Virus record (IMG/VR): IMGVR_UViG_3300045988_126226
Span: 3,035 to 67,034 of that record
From: a virus
Length of the DNA stretch: 64,000 nt
Direction: 5' to 3' (one strand)
Positions 37,025-45,858 of the stretch are shown one piece after another; position 1 is the first letter of the stretch; the number at the start of each line of letters is the position of its first letter. The translations under genes were made by a program, and so were the position numbers. The notes under the pieces were generated by a model. That model worked only from the letters and a program-made list of their open reading frames with translations. It was not told the DNA's origin and made no database searches.

Positions 37025-37795
37025 ATTATTTTATCACAGGTTAGCGATACTCATGGTAAAGTGGCCGAACGTTTAGAAACTTTAAGATCTAAGCATCCCG
37101 ATCTTAAACCGGCGGAAACCGCGTTAATTATTCTTGGTGATGCCGGATTTAATTTTTATCTTAATAAATCTGACTATAAGAATAAAAAGCAAGTAAATAA
37201 TATGGGATATATTGTTTACTGTCTTCGTGGAAATCATGAAGAACGCCCTGAAAACATCCCTGGAATGGCTATTATGGTAGATCATGATATCCATGGTGAA
37301 GTATATGTAGAGTCCATGTTTTCTAATATTCGTTATCTCATGGATGGAAATGTTTATGATTTTGGCATTTTTAGTACTCTATGTATCGGCGGAGCTTATT
37401 CTGTCGATAAGTGGTATCGTCTTCAAAATTTTCGTCAATCTAATGGTTGGTGTGGATGGTTTGCGGAAGAACAACTTTTCCCTGACGAAATGAACCATAT
37501 TACTAAGAAAGTAAAGAATAATTACTTTGATTTTGTTCTTACTCATACTTGTCCTCGCTGTTGGGAACCTACTGATCTTTTTATTAGTGGAATTGACCAA
37601 TCTGCGGTTGATAAATCTATGGAAGACTGGCTAGATAAATTAAAAAATCAAATTAATTTTACAGTTTGGTGTTTTGGCCATTATCATGCGGACCGCACTG
37701 AAGATGAAGGGGTAGAACAATATTTTTATGATATTGAAGAATTAACAAGTATTTGGGATAGAACTTTAAAGTATATCCCTCGGAATTTAGAATAA
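37025..37795 (+). CDS. calcineurin-like metallophosphoesterase; annotated GTG at 37061 but the MPE motif I (SDTHG) lies upstream, in frame with and immediately after the stop of the inserted endonuclease gene
   Basis: ...ILSQVSDTHGKVAERLE..ILGDAGFN..LRGNHE..GHYHAD; no canonical start codon before DTHG. Confidence 0.5.
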   Translation: MILSQVSDTHGKVAERLETLRSKHPDLKPAETALIILGDAGFNFYLNKSDYKNKKQVNNMGYIVYCLRGNHEERPENIPGMAIMVDHDIHGEVYVESMFSNIRYLMDGNVYDFGIFSTLCIGGAYSVDKWYRLQNFRQSNGWCGWFAEEQLFPDEMNHITKKVKNNYFDFVLTHTCPRCWEPTDLFISGIDQSAVDKSMEDWLDKLKNQINFTVWCFGHYHADRTEDEGVEQYFYDIEELTSIWDRTLKYIPRNLE

Positions 37796-37804
37796 AATGT
37801 AGAA

Positions 37805-38080
37805 ATGTGTTATTCAATTATATTGTCAAAATCGGCTAAAAAGTTTTATGATAAAGCCAATGAAAAAATTAAAAGAAATTTAGAAAGAACATTTTTAACC
37901 TTATCCCCAGAAGTAGATGAAAAGGTTAAAAATGTTGATAAGAAACGCGATCAATCAAATACTTATCGCAGACGATTAGGCCATTATCGAATTGTTTATC
38001 AAAAACAAGGAGATATTCTTTTAATAACTCATTTGGATACAAAAACTAATTTCAAATACAAAAAAACTGGTTGCTTTTAA
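37805..38080 (+). CDS. RelE/ParE-family toxin-like protein (91 aa)
   Basis: SKSAKKFYDKANEKIKRNLERTFLTL...RRRLGHYRIVYQKQGDILLITHLDTKTNFY matches the RelE/ParE pattern yRIiY...ilRigHRkd.Y. Confidence 0.45.
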   Translation: MCYSIILSKSAKKFYDKANEKIKRNLERTFLTLSPEVDEKVKNVDKKRDQSNTYRRRLGHYRIVYQKQGDILLITHLDTKTNFKYKKTGCF

Positions 38081-38085
38081 CTTTA

Positions 38086-38110
38086 TTGATTTTATATAAA
38101 AAATATAATA
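38086..38110 (+). promoter_or_regulatory. conserved phage promoter
   Basis: TTGATTTTATATAAAAAATATAATATAAT. Confidence 0.55.
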
Positions 38111-38240
38111 TAATATTTATAGAAAGTTAAGAAAGGAAGAAAAAATTATACCAGGAAGGTCTAGAACAACCACTCGTCCAGAAGTTAATGCGGATTATAA
38201 GTTTAGAATTTTAGATGTATTAAATAATACAGATGATTCT

Positions 38241-38504
38241 ATGACTCTTGATGAAATCCGCATGAATGATATGATTTTGCGCCCATTGTCTAATCAGAAA
38301 ATTAGTCGTTTAATTAGCGACCTTATTGATTTTGGTTTAGTCCAAAAGGGTAAATCTAAAAGTCTTGGTCGAATGATGTACAAAGCAACATCAAAAATGC
38401 GGGAACAGGGGTATGAAGTTGATGACCCCGTAGATTTTGAGTATAGTTATGCCACTCAAAATTGGGAATTGGAAGAGGAAAAGAAGATTAAGACGTGTGG
38501 GTAA
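38241..38504 (+). CDS. hypothetical protein, possibly winged-helix (start may lie upstream at a non-ATG codon)
   Basis: frame open from 38109; first ATG 38241. Confidence 0.3.
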   Translation: MTLDEIRMNDMILRPLSNQKISRLISDLIDFGLVQKGKSKSLGRMMYKATSKMREQGYEVDDPVDFEYSYATQNWELEEEKKIKTCG

Positions 38505-38572
38505 AAGTATGTAATTTTCTTTTTATATTTTTTATTTAATATAGAACAAAAAGTATAAAAAGGAGTGACGAT

Positions 38573-39322
38573 ATGAGTTTAATTGATTTAAGTGGTTAGA
38601 AATTTGGACGTTTAACTGTATTATATCGAGATATAGAAGAAGAAAAAAAGAAAAAAGATAGAAGTGCTATATGGAAATGTAAATGTGATTGTGGTAATTT
38701 TAAATCAGTGGTAGGGAAAGATTTAAGAATTGGAAAAACTCAATCTTGCGGATGTCTACAAAAGGAAAGAACTAGTAAAATAAATAGCAGTCAATTAATT
38801 GGAAAAAAATTTGGAAAACTAACTGTAATTTAGTAGCTTCCTTCAAAAAATCATAGAACATATTGGTTATGTAAGTGTGATTGTGGAAATACTTGTGAAG
38901 TATGTGCTAGAGAACTGAACCAAGGAGATACTAAATCTTGTGGTTGTTTATTTTCTAAAGGAGAATACAAAATAGCTACTATTTTAAATAAATTATAGAT
39001 TGCTTATAAAAAAGAATATATTTTTCCAAACTATAAAAATGCCAGATTTGATTTTGCTTTATTCGATAAACAAAATAAAATCTTTTGTTTAATTGAATAT
39101 GATGGAGAATAGCACTTTTTAGAAAAAGTGACAAATTCAGGATGGAATACTAAAGATAGATATGAAAATATTGTTCATCCTAAAGACATAGAAAAGAATA
39201 ACTATTGTAAAGAAAATAATATTCCTTTATTAAGAATACCTTATTATGATTATGAAAAATTAAATGAAAATTATTTAGAAAGGGAAATAAAAAAATGTAT
39301 AGAGCGTATGTTACAAAAGTAA
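38573..39322 (+). CDS. homing-endonuclease-like protein (zinc-finger repeats plus DUF559/Vsr-like nuclease), 5 in-frame TAG including a TAG-TAG pair
   Basis: RBS AAAGGAG; IDLSG(TAG)KFGRLTVL, IWKCKCDCGN, YWLCKCDCGN, EYDGE(TAG)HFLE, PLLRIPYY. Confidence 0.5.
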
Positions 39323-40665
39323 AAAATATACGACCCGCAGAAAATGCCGATAGATTAAATCTTTGCGAAGCTTTTGGTAATACTGTGGTTGTAGATAAAA
39401 ATGTAAATGAAAATGATTTATATATTTATTTTCCTTGTGATGGACAATTATCTTTAGAATTTTGTTTAAATAATAATCTTCTAAGAAAGTTGCCTGATGG
39501 GACCCCAAGCTCTGGTTATATGGATCCTGACAAAAGAAATGTCATAGCAATTAAATTAAGAGGTAATAAAAGTGATGGTTTAGTTTTACCTCTTAATTGC
39601 GTTTCTTATACTGGAGTTCTTCTTAATGAGTTGACCGAAGGTTTTGCATTTACTACTCTGAATGGACATGAGATTTGTAAAAAGTATATTCCTATGCGTC
39701 AGAATCGTCAGGGCCATGTAAGCGAGGGGAATCATGTGCGCAAGAAGAAAGCTCCTATTGCCCCTCTGTTTATCGAGCATGCTGATACGGAGCAGTTGGC
39801 TTATAACCTTGATGCCTTTAAGCCGAATGACCTTATTGAGATTACTCTAAAGATGCATGGCACTTCTCAGCGCACCGGCTATCTTCCTATGTTTAAGGGT
39901 TATAAGAGAACTCTTTTGGATAGAATTATGCGTCGTGATGGCACTCCCATTTATGAATATGGATATGTATCTGGCACTCGTCGCACTGTGCTGAATGACT
40001 GGGAGGGTGGCTTCTATGGTTCTAATATGTTCCGTAAGAAGCACGCAGATTTCTTTGAGGGTAAGCTCCATAAGGGCGAGGAAGTCTATTATGAGGTTGT
40101 TGGTTTTACCGATGAGGGTATGCCTATTATGTCCTCTGCTTCCAATAAGAAGCTGAATGATAAAGATTTTCTTAAGAAGTATGGTGAAACTACTACCTTC
40201 TCTTATGGCTGCTCTTGCACTGGTTATTATACCTATGGTGATGGTAGCTATGATGTCCTCCCCAAGTCTGACTTCTATGTTTATCGCATGACTATGACTA
40301 ATGAAGATGGGGATGTTGTTGAATATACTCCTGATTTCATGCGCTATCGTTGTGAGCAGATGGGCTGTAAGTGTGTTCCTGTTCTATGGAGAGGTTTTTT
40401 GGATGACACTACTGATTGGAATGACGCAGGTATGACTGCTGGCGAGCAGGTTAAAGAAATTGCTGAGCGGTATTATGATGGTCCCGACCCGATTGGTAAG
40501 ATCCATGTTCGTGAAGGCGTTGTAATTCGTATTCTTAATCGTCCGAAGTTCTGTGCTTATAAGCATAAGAATTTTGCCTTTAAGTGTCTTGAAGGCTTGG
40601 TAAAAGCAGAAGAGACCGCCCCTGATATGGAAGAGGCCGAAGAGGTGCAAAATGACGAAACTTGA
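39295..40665 (+). CDS. ATP-dependent RNA ligase, Rnl2-superfamily-like (456 aa)
   Basis: motif I-like EITLKMHGTS (KxHG, Rnl2-type rather than KxDG), motif IV-like REGVVIRI; no internal TAG. Confidence 0.45.
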   Translation: MYRAYVTKVKNIRPAENADRLNLCEAFGNTVVVDKNVNENDLYIYFPCDGQLSLEFCLNNNLLRKLPDGTPSSGYMDPDKRNVIAIKLRGNKSDGLVLPLNCVSYTGVLLNELTEGFAFTTLNGHEICKKYIPMRQNRQGHVSEGNHVRKKKAPIAPLFIEHADTEQLAYNLDAFKPNDLIEITLKMHGTSQRTGYLPMFKGYKRTLLDRIMRRDGTPIYEYGYVSGTRRTVLNDWEGGFYGSNMFRKKHADFFEGKLHKGEEVYYEVVGFTDEGMPIMSSASNKKLNDKDFLKKYGETTTFSYGCSCTGYYTYGDGSYDVLPKSDFYVYRMTMTNEDGDVVEYTPDFMRYRCEQMGCKCVPVLWRGFLDDTTDWNDAGMTAGEQVKEIAERYYDGPDPIGKIHVREGVVIRILNRPKFCAYKHKNFAFKCLEGLVKAEETAPDMEEAEEVQNDET

Positions 40666-40843
40666 TGAATTGATGGAACATTTGTCATTAGATGCAGAGT
40701 GGGCTTCCGCTAATGAGTGGGAAGCCCCTATCTGCCTTTATGATGACATTCTTGATGCTCTTACTATTTTAAGAGTTATAGCAATTCTTAAAATGACTGG
40801 AACATTAGACCAAATTGAATATGTCTTGGAGGATTATCTATGA
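40652..40843 (+). CDS. hypothetical small protein
   Basis: ORF overlapping the ligase stop. Confidence 0.3.
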   Translation: MTKLDELMEHLSLDAEWASANEWEAPICLYDDILDALTILRVIAILKMTGTLDQIEYVLEDYL

Positions 40844-41238
40844 CCGATGAAGCTGTAAATCAAGCTAAAAATGATACATATGAAATTAGAGAGCGAATTC
40901 CTATCGCTCTTTGGGATAAAGTAAGCGAAGATTTAACACGAGATCAATGTTATTCTTATTGGCAGTATTGCCTTGAATGTGTCCAACAGATGGCTGACGC
41001 TTGGGAAGAAGTTAATGGTGAAAATCTTATTTGGGTTCCAGGCCATTATGAAAAGAAAGAAGAATCCAAGAGCAAAGATGTCCCAATTACTGAAGTAGTT
41101 AAGAAATGTGAGTGTTATCATTTAAGAGATGATAAAACCGCAGAATGTTGGGGCACTAAGGAACGTGAAATTTGTTCTTGTGGTGGCGATTCAAGATTTT
41201 GTAATTTCTATTATAACGGAGATAAAATTAGTGGTTAA
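40840..41238 (+). CDS. hypothetical protein with Cys-rich C-terminus (132 aa)
   Basis: ORF. Confidence 0.3.
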   Translation: MTDEAVNQAKNDTYEIRERIPIALWDKVSEDLTRDQCYSYWQYCLECVQQMADAWEEVNGENLIWVPGHYEKKEESKSKDVPITEVVKKCECYHLRDDKTAECWGTKEREICSCGGDSRFCNFYYNGDKISG

Positions 41239-41727
41239 AAATCTTACCTATTATAAAAATAAAAGTCTATTAGACTTATCCCCTAAAATTGTAATTTGTC
41301 ATCAGGTAAATTGTCAAGGCGTTATGGGCGCGGGTCTTGCCAAACAAATTCGTATTCGTTGGCCGGAAGTCTATGTAGATTAAAAAAAACTATCGAAAAC
41401 GCGGAAGCGCAAGTTGCAGGATTAGAAAATCCGCCTGATGACATTTTGCTTGGCGCGGTTGCTTGCACTACTACCGTAGATGGTCATAGAGTAGCAAGTT
41501 TATTCGCCCAATATGATTATGGATATGGCCCGCGCAGATATACTAATTATGAAGCATTTGCTAGCTGTTTAGAAAATTTAAATAAATTAGTTCCTGACTA
41601 TGTTCCGATTGCTTTTCCTTATAAAATTGGGTGTGGTCTTGGTGGAGGAGACTGGGATATTATTCAATTAATGATTAGAAAAATTCTCCATCACGAAGAT
41701 GTTTATATCTGTCAGTTGGAGGATTGA
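41231..41727 (+). CDS. macro-domain protein (ADP-ribose binding/processing) with a frame change at an A8 run (41382-41389)
   Basis: GTG 41231; IVICHQVNCQGVMGAGLAKQI macro N-motif in frame 2, continuing in the -1 frame after AAAAAAAA as ...ILLGAVACTTTVDGHRVASLFAQ...GCGLGGGDWD. Confidence 0.4.
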
Positions 41728-41728
41728 A

Positions 41729-42235
41729 ATGAGCGTTGTCGCTGCGAAAGTTTATGATGATAGAATTGTAATGAGTGCTGATAGTATTCTTACTAATGGC
41801 TATGAGAAGGAACCTAATGTTAATTTTGCTAAAATTGCTAAGATTAACGACATGATTCTTGGCGGAGTTGGTTATGGTGATGAACAAAGCTTAATGTGGC
41901 TTTATATGGAGAATCATCAGCCAGTTGAAGCTAATGAACGAGAAATCCTTAATTACATTATTGAATTTTCAAAATGGAAAAATACTCTTATCGGTGATGG
42001 ATTTCTAAAAAATGAATTTCTTATTGCCTATAAAGGACATCTTTTCCATATTTGTAAGTTTATGGTAAGAGAGATCAAAGACTATTTTGCTATTGGAGCG
42101 GGTGCTCCCTATGCAACAACCGCGTTATACTTGAAACACGATCCAGAAGAATCAGTAAAAGTTGCGTGCGATATTTGTTGTTTTGTAAGCGAGCCAATTA
42201 AAACTTTTATTCAAGAAAAAGGAGATAAGGAATAA
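41729..42235 (+). CDS. HslV/proteasome-beta-like Ntn-hydrolase peptidase (Ser1 variant)
   Basis: RBS GGAGGA; MSVVAAKVYDDRIVMSADS ... FAIGAGAPYATTALYL ... ACDICCFV parallels HslV TTIVSV..GDGQ ... GSGGPYA ... AGDICIYT. Confidence 0.45.
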   Translation: MSVVAAKVYDDRIVMSADSILTNGYEKEPNVNFAKIAKINDMILGGVGYGDEQSLMWLYMENHQPVEANEREILNYIIEFSKWKNTLIGDGFLKNEFLIAYKGHLFHICKFMVREIKDYFAIGAGAPYATTALYLKHDPEESVKVACDICCFVSEPIKTFIQEKGDKE

Positions 42236-42249
42236 TTCTTATCTCCTTT

Positions 42250-42278
42250 TTGATTTTTTTAAAAAATTATTATATAAT
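42250..42278 (+). promoter_or_regulatory. conserved phage promoter
   Basis: TTGATTTTTTTAAAAAATTATTATATAAT. Confidence 0.55.
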
Positions 42279-42307
42279 ATTTATATAAAAAGAAAGGTGA
42301 TATTATT

Positions 42308-42535
42308 ATGAATTATATCGTTTCTAAGGAAAGACTTCTTGAACTTCTTAAAGCTGAAAATGAGCTTAATGTTCTTGAAGGAGACGGCGTTGATAACTGG
42401 ACATGGTATATGGAAGGTCGAAGACAATATCTTAAAGAAGGCGCTGAAATGTATGGTGTCAATATTGATGACAATGAAGATTTTGATTTTGAAGATTTAG
42501 CCGAATTGGATCTTCAGAACTTTGAGGAAATTTAA
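42308..42535 (+). CDS. hypothetical acidic protein (75 aa)
   Basis: RBS AAAGGTGA. Confidence 0.3.
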   Translation: MNYIVSKERLLELLKAENELNVLEGDGVDNWTWYMEGRRQYLKEGAEMYGVNIDDNEDFDFEDLAELDLQNFEEI

Positions 42536-42979
42536 ATGATTGATAAATTTGAAGGAGATTTTGCTTTTTTAAGCAACTTTTTTTACTCTCCAATTACAAT
42601 AGAAGGAAAAAGATATCTCACGGTAGAAAACTATTTTCAGGCAATGAAAGCAGCGAACCCCGGGGACGCAGAAGAAATTAGACTGGCTCCTACTCCTGGC
42701 AAATCCAAAAGATTAGGAAGACATTGTGTAATTCGTAAAGACTGGGAAGACATTAAAGAAGATGTTATGTATAAAGGCGTAAAAGCTAAATTTACACAAA
42801 ACCCAACTTTGCGGACTGCCATTGAGAAAACTGGAGAAGCTTGGCTTGAAGAAGGAAACACTTGGCATGATAATACATGGGGTGTATGTCATTGTATCCG
42901 ATGCCAAGATACTATGGCACATAATAAACTTGGAAAAATTCTAATGCGAGTAAGAAAAGAATTAAAAGAGGGAAATTAA
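42536..42979 (+). CDS. NADAR (YbiA-like, DUF1768) domain protein
   Basis: FLSNFFYSPITIEGKRYLTVENYFQAMKA...RKDWEDIKEDVMYKGVKAKFTQNPTLRTAI...WGVC. Confidence 0.5.
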   Translation: MIDKFEGDFAFLSNFFYSPITIEGKRYLTVENYFQAMKAANPGDAEEIRLAPTPGKSKRLGRHCVIRKDWEDIKEDVMYKGVKAKFTQNPTLRTAIEKTGEAWLEEGNTWHDNTWGVCHCIRCQDTMAHNKLGKILMRVRKELKEGN

Positions 42980-43177
42980 ATGTATTATTTGTTTTTAGCT
43001 TTGTTTTGGGCTTGTTTTGCCATTTGGTGTTTTTGCTTTATCCAGTGGATTCAATGCACTTTTATTAAAAAGTATAAAGACACTGACAAAATGCTATATT
43101 GGAATATTTGGATTTTAGCAAGTTGCTTAGGACTAAATATTTGCAATCTATTTATGAAACTTACAAGAGTGGGATAA
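42980..43177 (+). CDS. small membrane protein (65 aa)
   Basis: hydrophobic ORF. Confidence 0.25.
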   Translation: MYYLFLALFWACFAIWCFCFIQWIQCTFIKKYKDTDKMLYWNIWILASCLGLNICNLFMKLTRVG

Positions 43178-43197
43178 TTTCTCACTCTTGATTTTTT

Positions 43198-43226
43198 TAT
43201 AAAAATATATTATAATATATATATAA
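43198..43226 (+). promoter_or_regulatory. conserved phage promoter
   Basis: TTGATTTTTTTATAAAAATATATTATAAT. Confidence 0.55.
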
Positions 43227-43248
43227 ATTAAGAAAGGATTGATATTTT

Positions 43249-43968
43249 ATGAATAAAACATATGCGGTTAGCGATATTCATGGTATGAAACCTCTTTGGG
43301 ATCAAATTATGAAATACCTCGACCCAAGTGATACTCTTTATTGTCTGGGCGATTGCGCAGACCGCGGAAATGATGGCTGGGAAATCATTAAAGATGCTCT
43401 TGCCGATAAAAGAGTTATTTATCTTAAAGGTAATCATGAAGATATGCTATTTGAAGCTATGAAAGATTATCTTAAAGATGAAAATTTTAGTCAAGCATAT
43501 GCTCTTCTTTGTAATAACAGTGGAGCAAAAACATTTGAAGATTGGCAAATTGGAGAACATGCCAGTCCTGGTTGGTATCGTGAGCTTGCTAAACTTCCTC
43601 TGCAAGAAACTTATGTGAATAAGAATAATCAAATTATTCTTCTTTCTCATGCTGGTTATACTCTTGGCGATAGTCCTAATTCTTATAATTTAATTTGGAG
43701 TCGAGATCATTTCTATGATCCGTGGCCCGAGGGCCCATCCGCGGACCGCACTTTCTGTATTCATGGCCATACGCCTTTTCTGCTGATGCCTAATTATGAT
43801 CCTTATATTGCAGTAGGTAAAAGCTATAAAGATTTTAATTTGGAAAATATGAATCATTTTTGGTATTGCGATGGCCATAAGTGCGATATTGATAATGGTT
43901 CTTTTGCCACTGGAAAAACTTGTCTTATTGACCTTGACACATTCGAGACTATTGAATTTACTATGTAA
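43249..43968 (+). CDS. PPP-family Ser/Thr phosphatase-like metallophosphoesterase
   Basis: AVSDIHG ... LGDCADRGNDG ... LKGNHE. Confidence 0.55.
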   Translation: MNKTYAVSDIHGMKPLWDQIMKYLDPSDTLYCLGDCADRGNDGWEIIKDALADKRVIYLKGNHEDMLFEAMKDYLKDENFSQAYALLCNNSGAKTFEDWQIGEHASPGWYRELAKLPLQETYVNKNNQIILLSHAGYTLGDSPNSYNLIWSRDHFYDPWPEGPSADRTFCIHGHTPFLLMPNYDPYIAVGKSYKDFNLENMNHFWYCDGHKCDIDNGSFATGKTCLIDLDTFETIEFTM

Positions 43969-43979
43969 GGAGAAAAATA

Positions 43980-44258
43980 ATGGTTAGAGGTATGAAATAT
44001 CATATTTATGAAACAAAAGAGGGTGTTAATCCACTCTGTTGGGATGATAAAGCTCTTGAATTTGACACTATTGAATCTGCTTGTAGATTTTTATGTGATC
44101 TTTTTAAAATTGTAAAAGATACTAACGAGGAAGAAATTCATAAAAATGCTACTGTTAAACACGATATACTTTACTATGATGGTGGTTATCTTGATGCTAC
44201 AAATTTAACTGTTGAATATGATGCTGAAGAATGTGAAAATCATTTAAAGGAAATATAA
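43980..44258 (+). CDS. hypothetical protein (92 aa)
   Basis: ORF. Confidence 0.3.
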   Translation: MVRGMKYHIYETKEGVNPLCWDDKALEFDTIESACRFLCDLFKIVKDTNEEEIHKNATVKHDILYYDGGYLDATNLTVEYDAEECENHLKEI

Positions 44259-44267
44259 AGATCTTTA

Positions 44268-44296
44268 TTGATTTTTTATAAAAAATAATATATAAT
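44268..44296 (+). promoter_or_regulatory. conserved phage promoter
   Basis: TTGATTTTTTATAAAAAATAATATATAAT. Confidence 0.55.
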
Positions 44297-44329
44297 ATAT
44301 ATATAAAGTAAAGAAAGGAATTGATAAAA

Positions 44330-44527
44330 ATGAACGATTATGATGATATTTCTTTGGTGGTTGCGAGTGTAGCTTTTATGTTCATTGAAGTAGCTATTAT
44401 GCTATTTATTTGGAACACCGCTCTTATTCCTTGGTTTTGCTTTCCAAGCATTACTTATTGGCAGATGTTTGTCATTAAGATTTTTATTAATATTGCGGTT
44501 CCTTCTCATTCAAGAGCAAAGGAGTGA
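44330..44527 (+). CDS. small membrane protein
   Basis: ATG 44330; hydrophobic. Confidence 0.25.
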   Translation: MNDYDDISLVVASVAFMFIEVAIMLFIWNTALIPWFCFPSITYWQMFVIKIFINIAVPSHSRAKE

Positions 44528-44799
44528 TACAAATGGCCTCTTATGAAAACCATGATTTTTACTGTATGAATTGTGGACGAAAAGGAATTCCTTTATCTCG
44601 TCGAGTAAGTCTTCAGCATGGTAAATTTCATCGTAAAAAGTTGTATTGTATTTATTGCAAAGAAGAAGTAAATCATATTGAATGTAAAACTCCAGAAGAA
44701 GTAGAAGAGTTTAAAGAAAATTTTGAGAATGGGGTGTATAAAGATGAAGCAAAAAAATCTTTGGATTATGTGCGGAATACCTCTTTTGGCAAAACCTAA
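44524..44799 (+). CDS. zinc-binding small protein (91 aa)
   Basis: CMNCGRKG...CIYCKEE. Confidence 0.3.
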   Translation: MIQMASYENHDFYCMNCGRKGIPLSRRVSLQHGKFHRKKLYCIYCKEEVNHIECKTPEEVEEFKENFENGVYKDEAKKSLDYVRNTSFGKT

Positions 44800-44855
44800 C
44801 AATCATTACTAAATAAATTTTAAATATAATAGTTCAATATAAAGGAGATTATTAT

Positions 44856-45338
44856 ATGAAATTAGTTTGTTAGCATTGTGGTAAAGAGTTTGAAGGATCT
44901 CGCAGAGACACTAAATATTGTTCTCAATCTTGTTAGGCGAAAGCTTCAAGATTGCGTCGAAGTCAAGGCATAAATATTTCTGAAAAAATTTGTGCTAAAT
45001 GTGGAAAAAAATTTATAGCAAAAGAAAATGCCTATAATAGAAGATATTGTTATGAATGTGTTCCATTAGTGCCGAAATCTGGAGCAGGGCAAAGAGCATT
45101 AATAAAAAAATGGGCTTTAGAATATAAAGGAAATAAATGTGAAATTTGCGGATATAATAAATGTTCTGAAGCACTTGATTTTCATCACTTAGACCCTCAA
45201 GAAAAAGATTTTAATTTAAGTGATAGAAATTTAATTTTAGATTGGCAAATTATTAAAAAAGAATTAGATAAATGTCAATTAGTGTGTGCTAATTGTCATA
45301 GAGAAATCCATAGTAAAGAAAAGAAAGGGGATGATTGA
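44856..45338 (+). CDS. HNH endonuclease with N-terminal zinc finger (2 in-frame TAG)
   Basis: RBS AAAGGAGA; MKLVC(TAG)HCGKEF...CEICGYNKCSEALDFHHLDPQEKDFNLSDRN...CANCHREIH. Confidence 0.5.
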
Positions 45339-45858
45339 ATGAATACTAGAAAAAATCTTTGGATTATGTCTGGTATTCCTTAGTCTCGGCTCGGGTAAAA
45401 GCACGTTCCTTAAAAATCGTTGGCCTCAATGTGGTTGTGTTGTTTCTCGTGATGCTCTTCGTTTTCAAATATTAAATGATGATGAAAGCTATTTCGCCAA
45501 AGAAGAAAGTGTATGGCATGCTTTTGTTGAAGCAATCACTCTTTCTTTAAGAGACTATGATGATGTGTATGCGGATGCCACGCATCTTGGACCCGGCTCC
45601 CGCAAGAAACTCCTCAAAGCAATTAATGCAAAAGGATATGCAAATCTTAATGTGAATGTTATTTATTTTAATGTTCCTGTTGAAGTTTGCATTGAGCGCA
45701 ATAAACAGCGTGATGGTCGAGCGCAAGTTCCAGAAGAAGTAATTCGGAGTATGGCAAATTCTTTTACTCCTCCCACTTTTAAAGAATATATTAAATATAA
45801 CCTTATCCAAGAGGTTAACGAAAAAGGAGAAGTGATTCATACATGGCAATCTTTTTAA
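45339..45858 (+). pseudogene. polynucleotide-kinase-like P-loop kinase, disrupted (1 TAG plus 2 frame changes)
   Basis: frame 0 MNTRKNLWIMSGIP(TAG)SRLG stop; frame 2 KSTFLKNRW...HAFVEAIT stop; frame 1 LSLRDYDDVYADATHLGPGSRKK...; P-loop-like GIP.S.LGKSTF split across frames. Confidence 0.35.
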
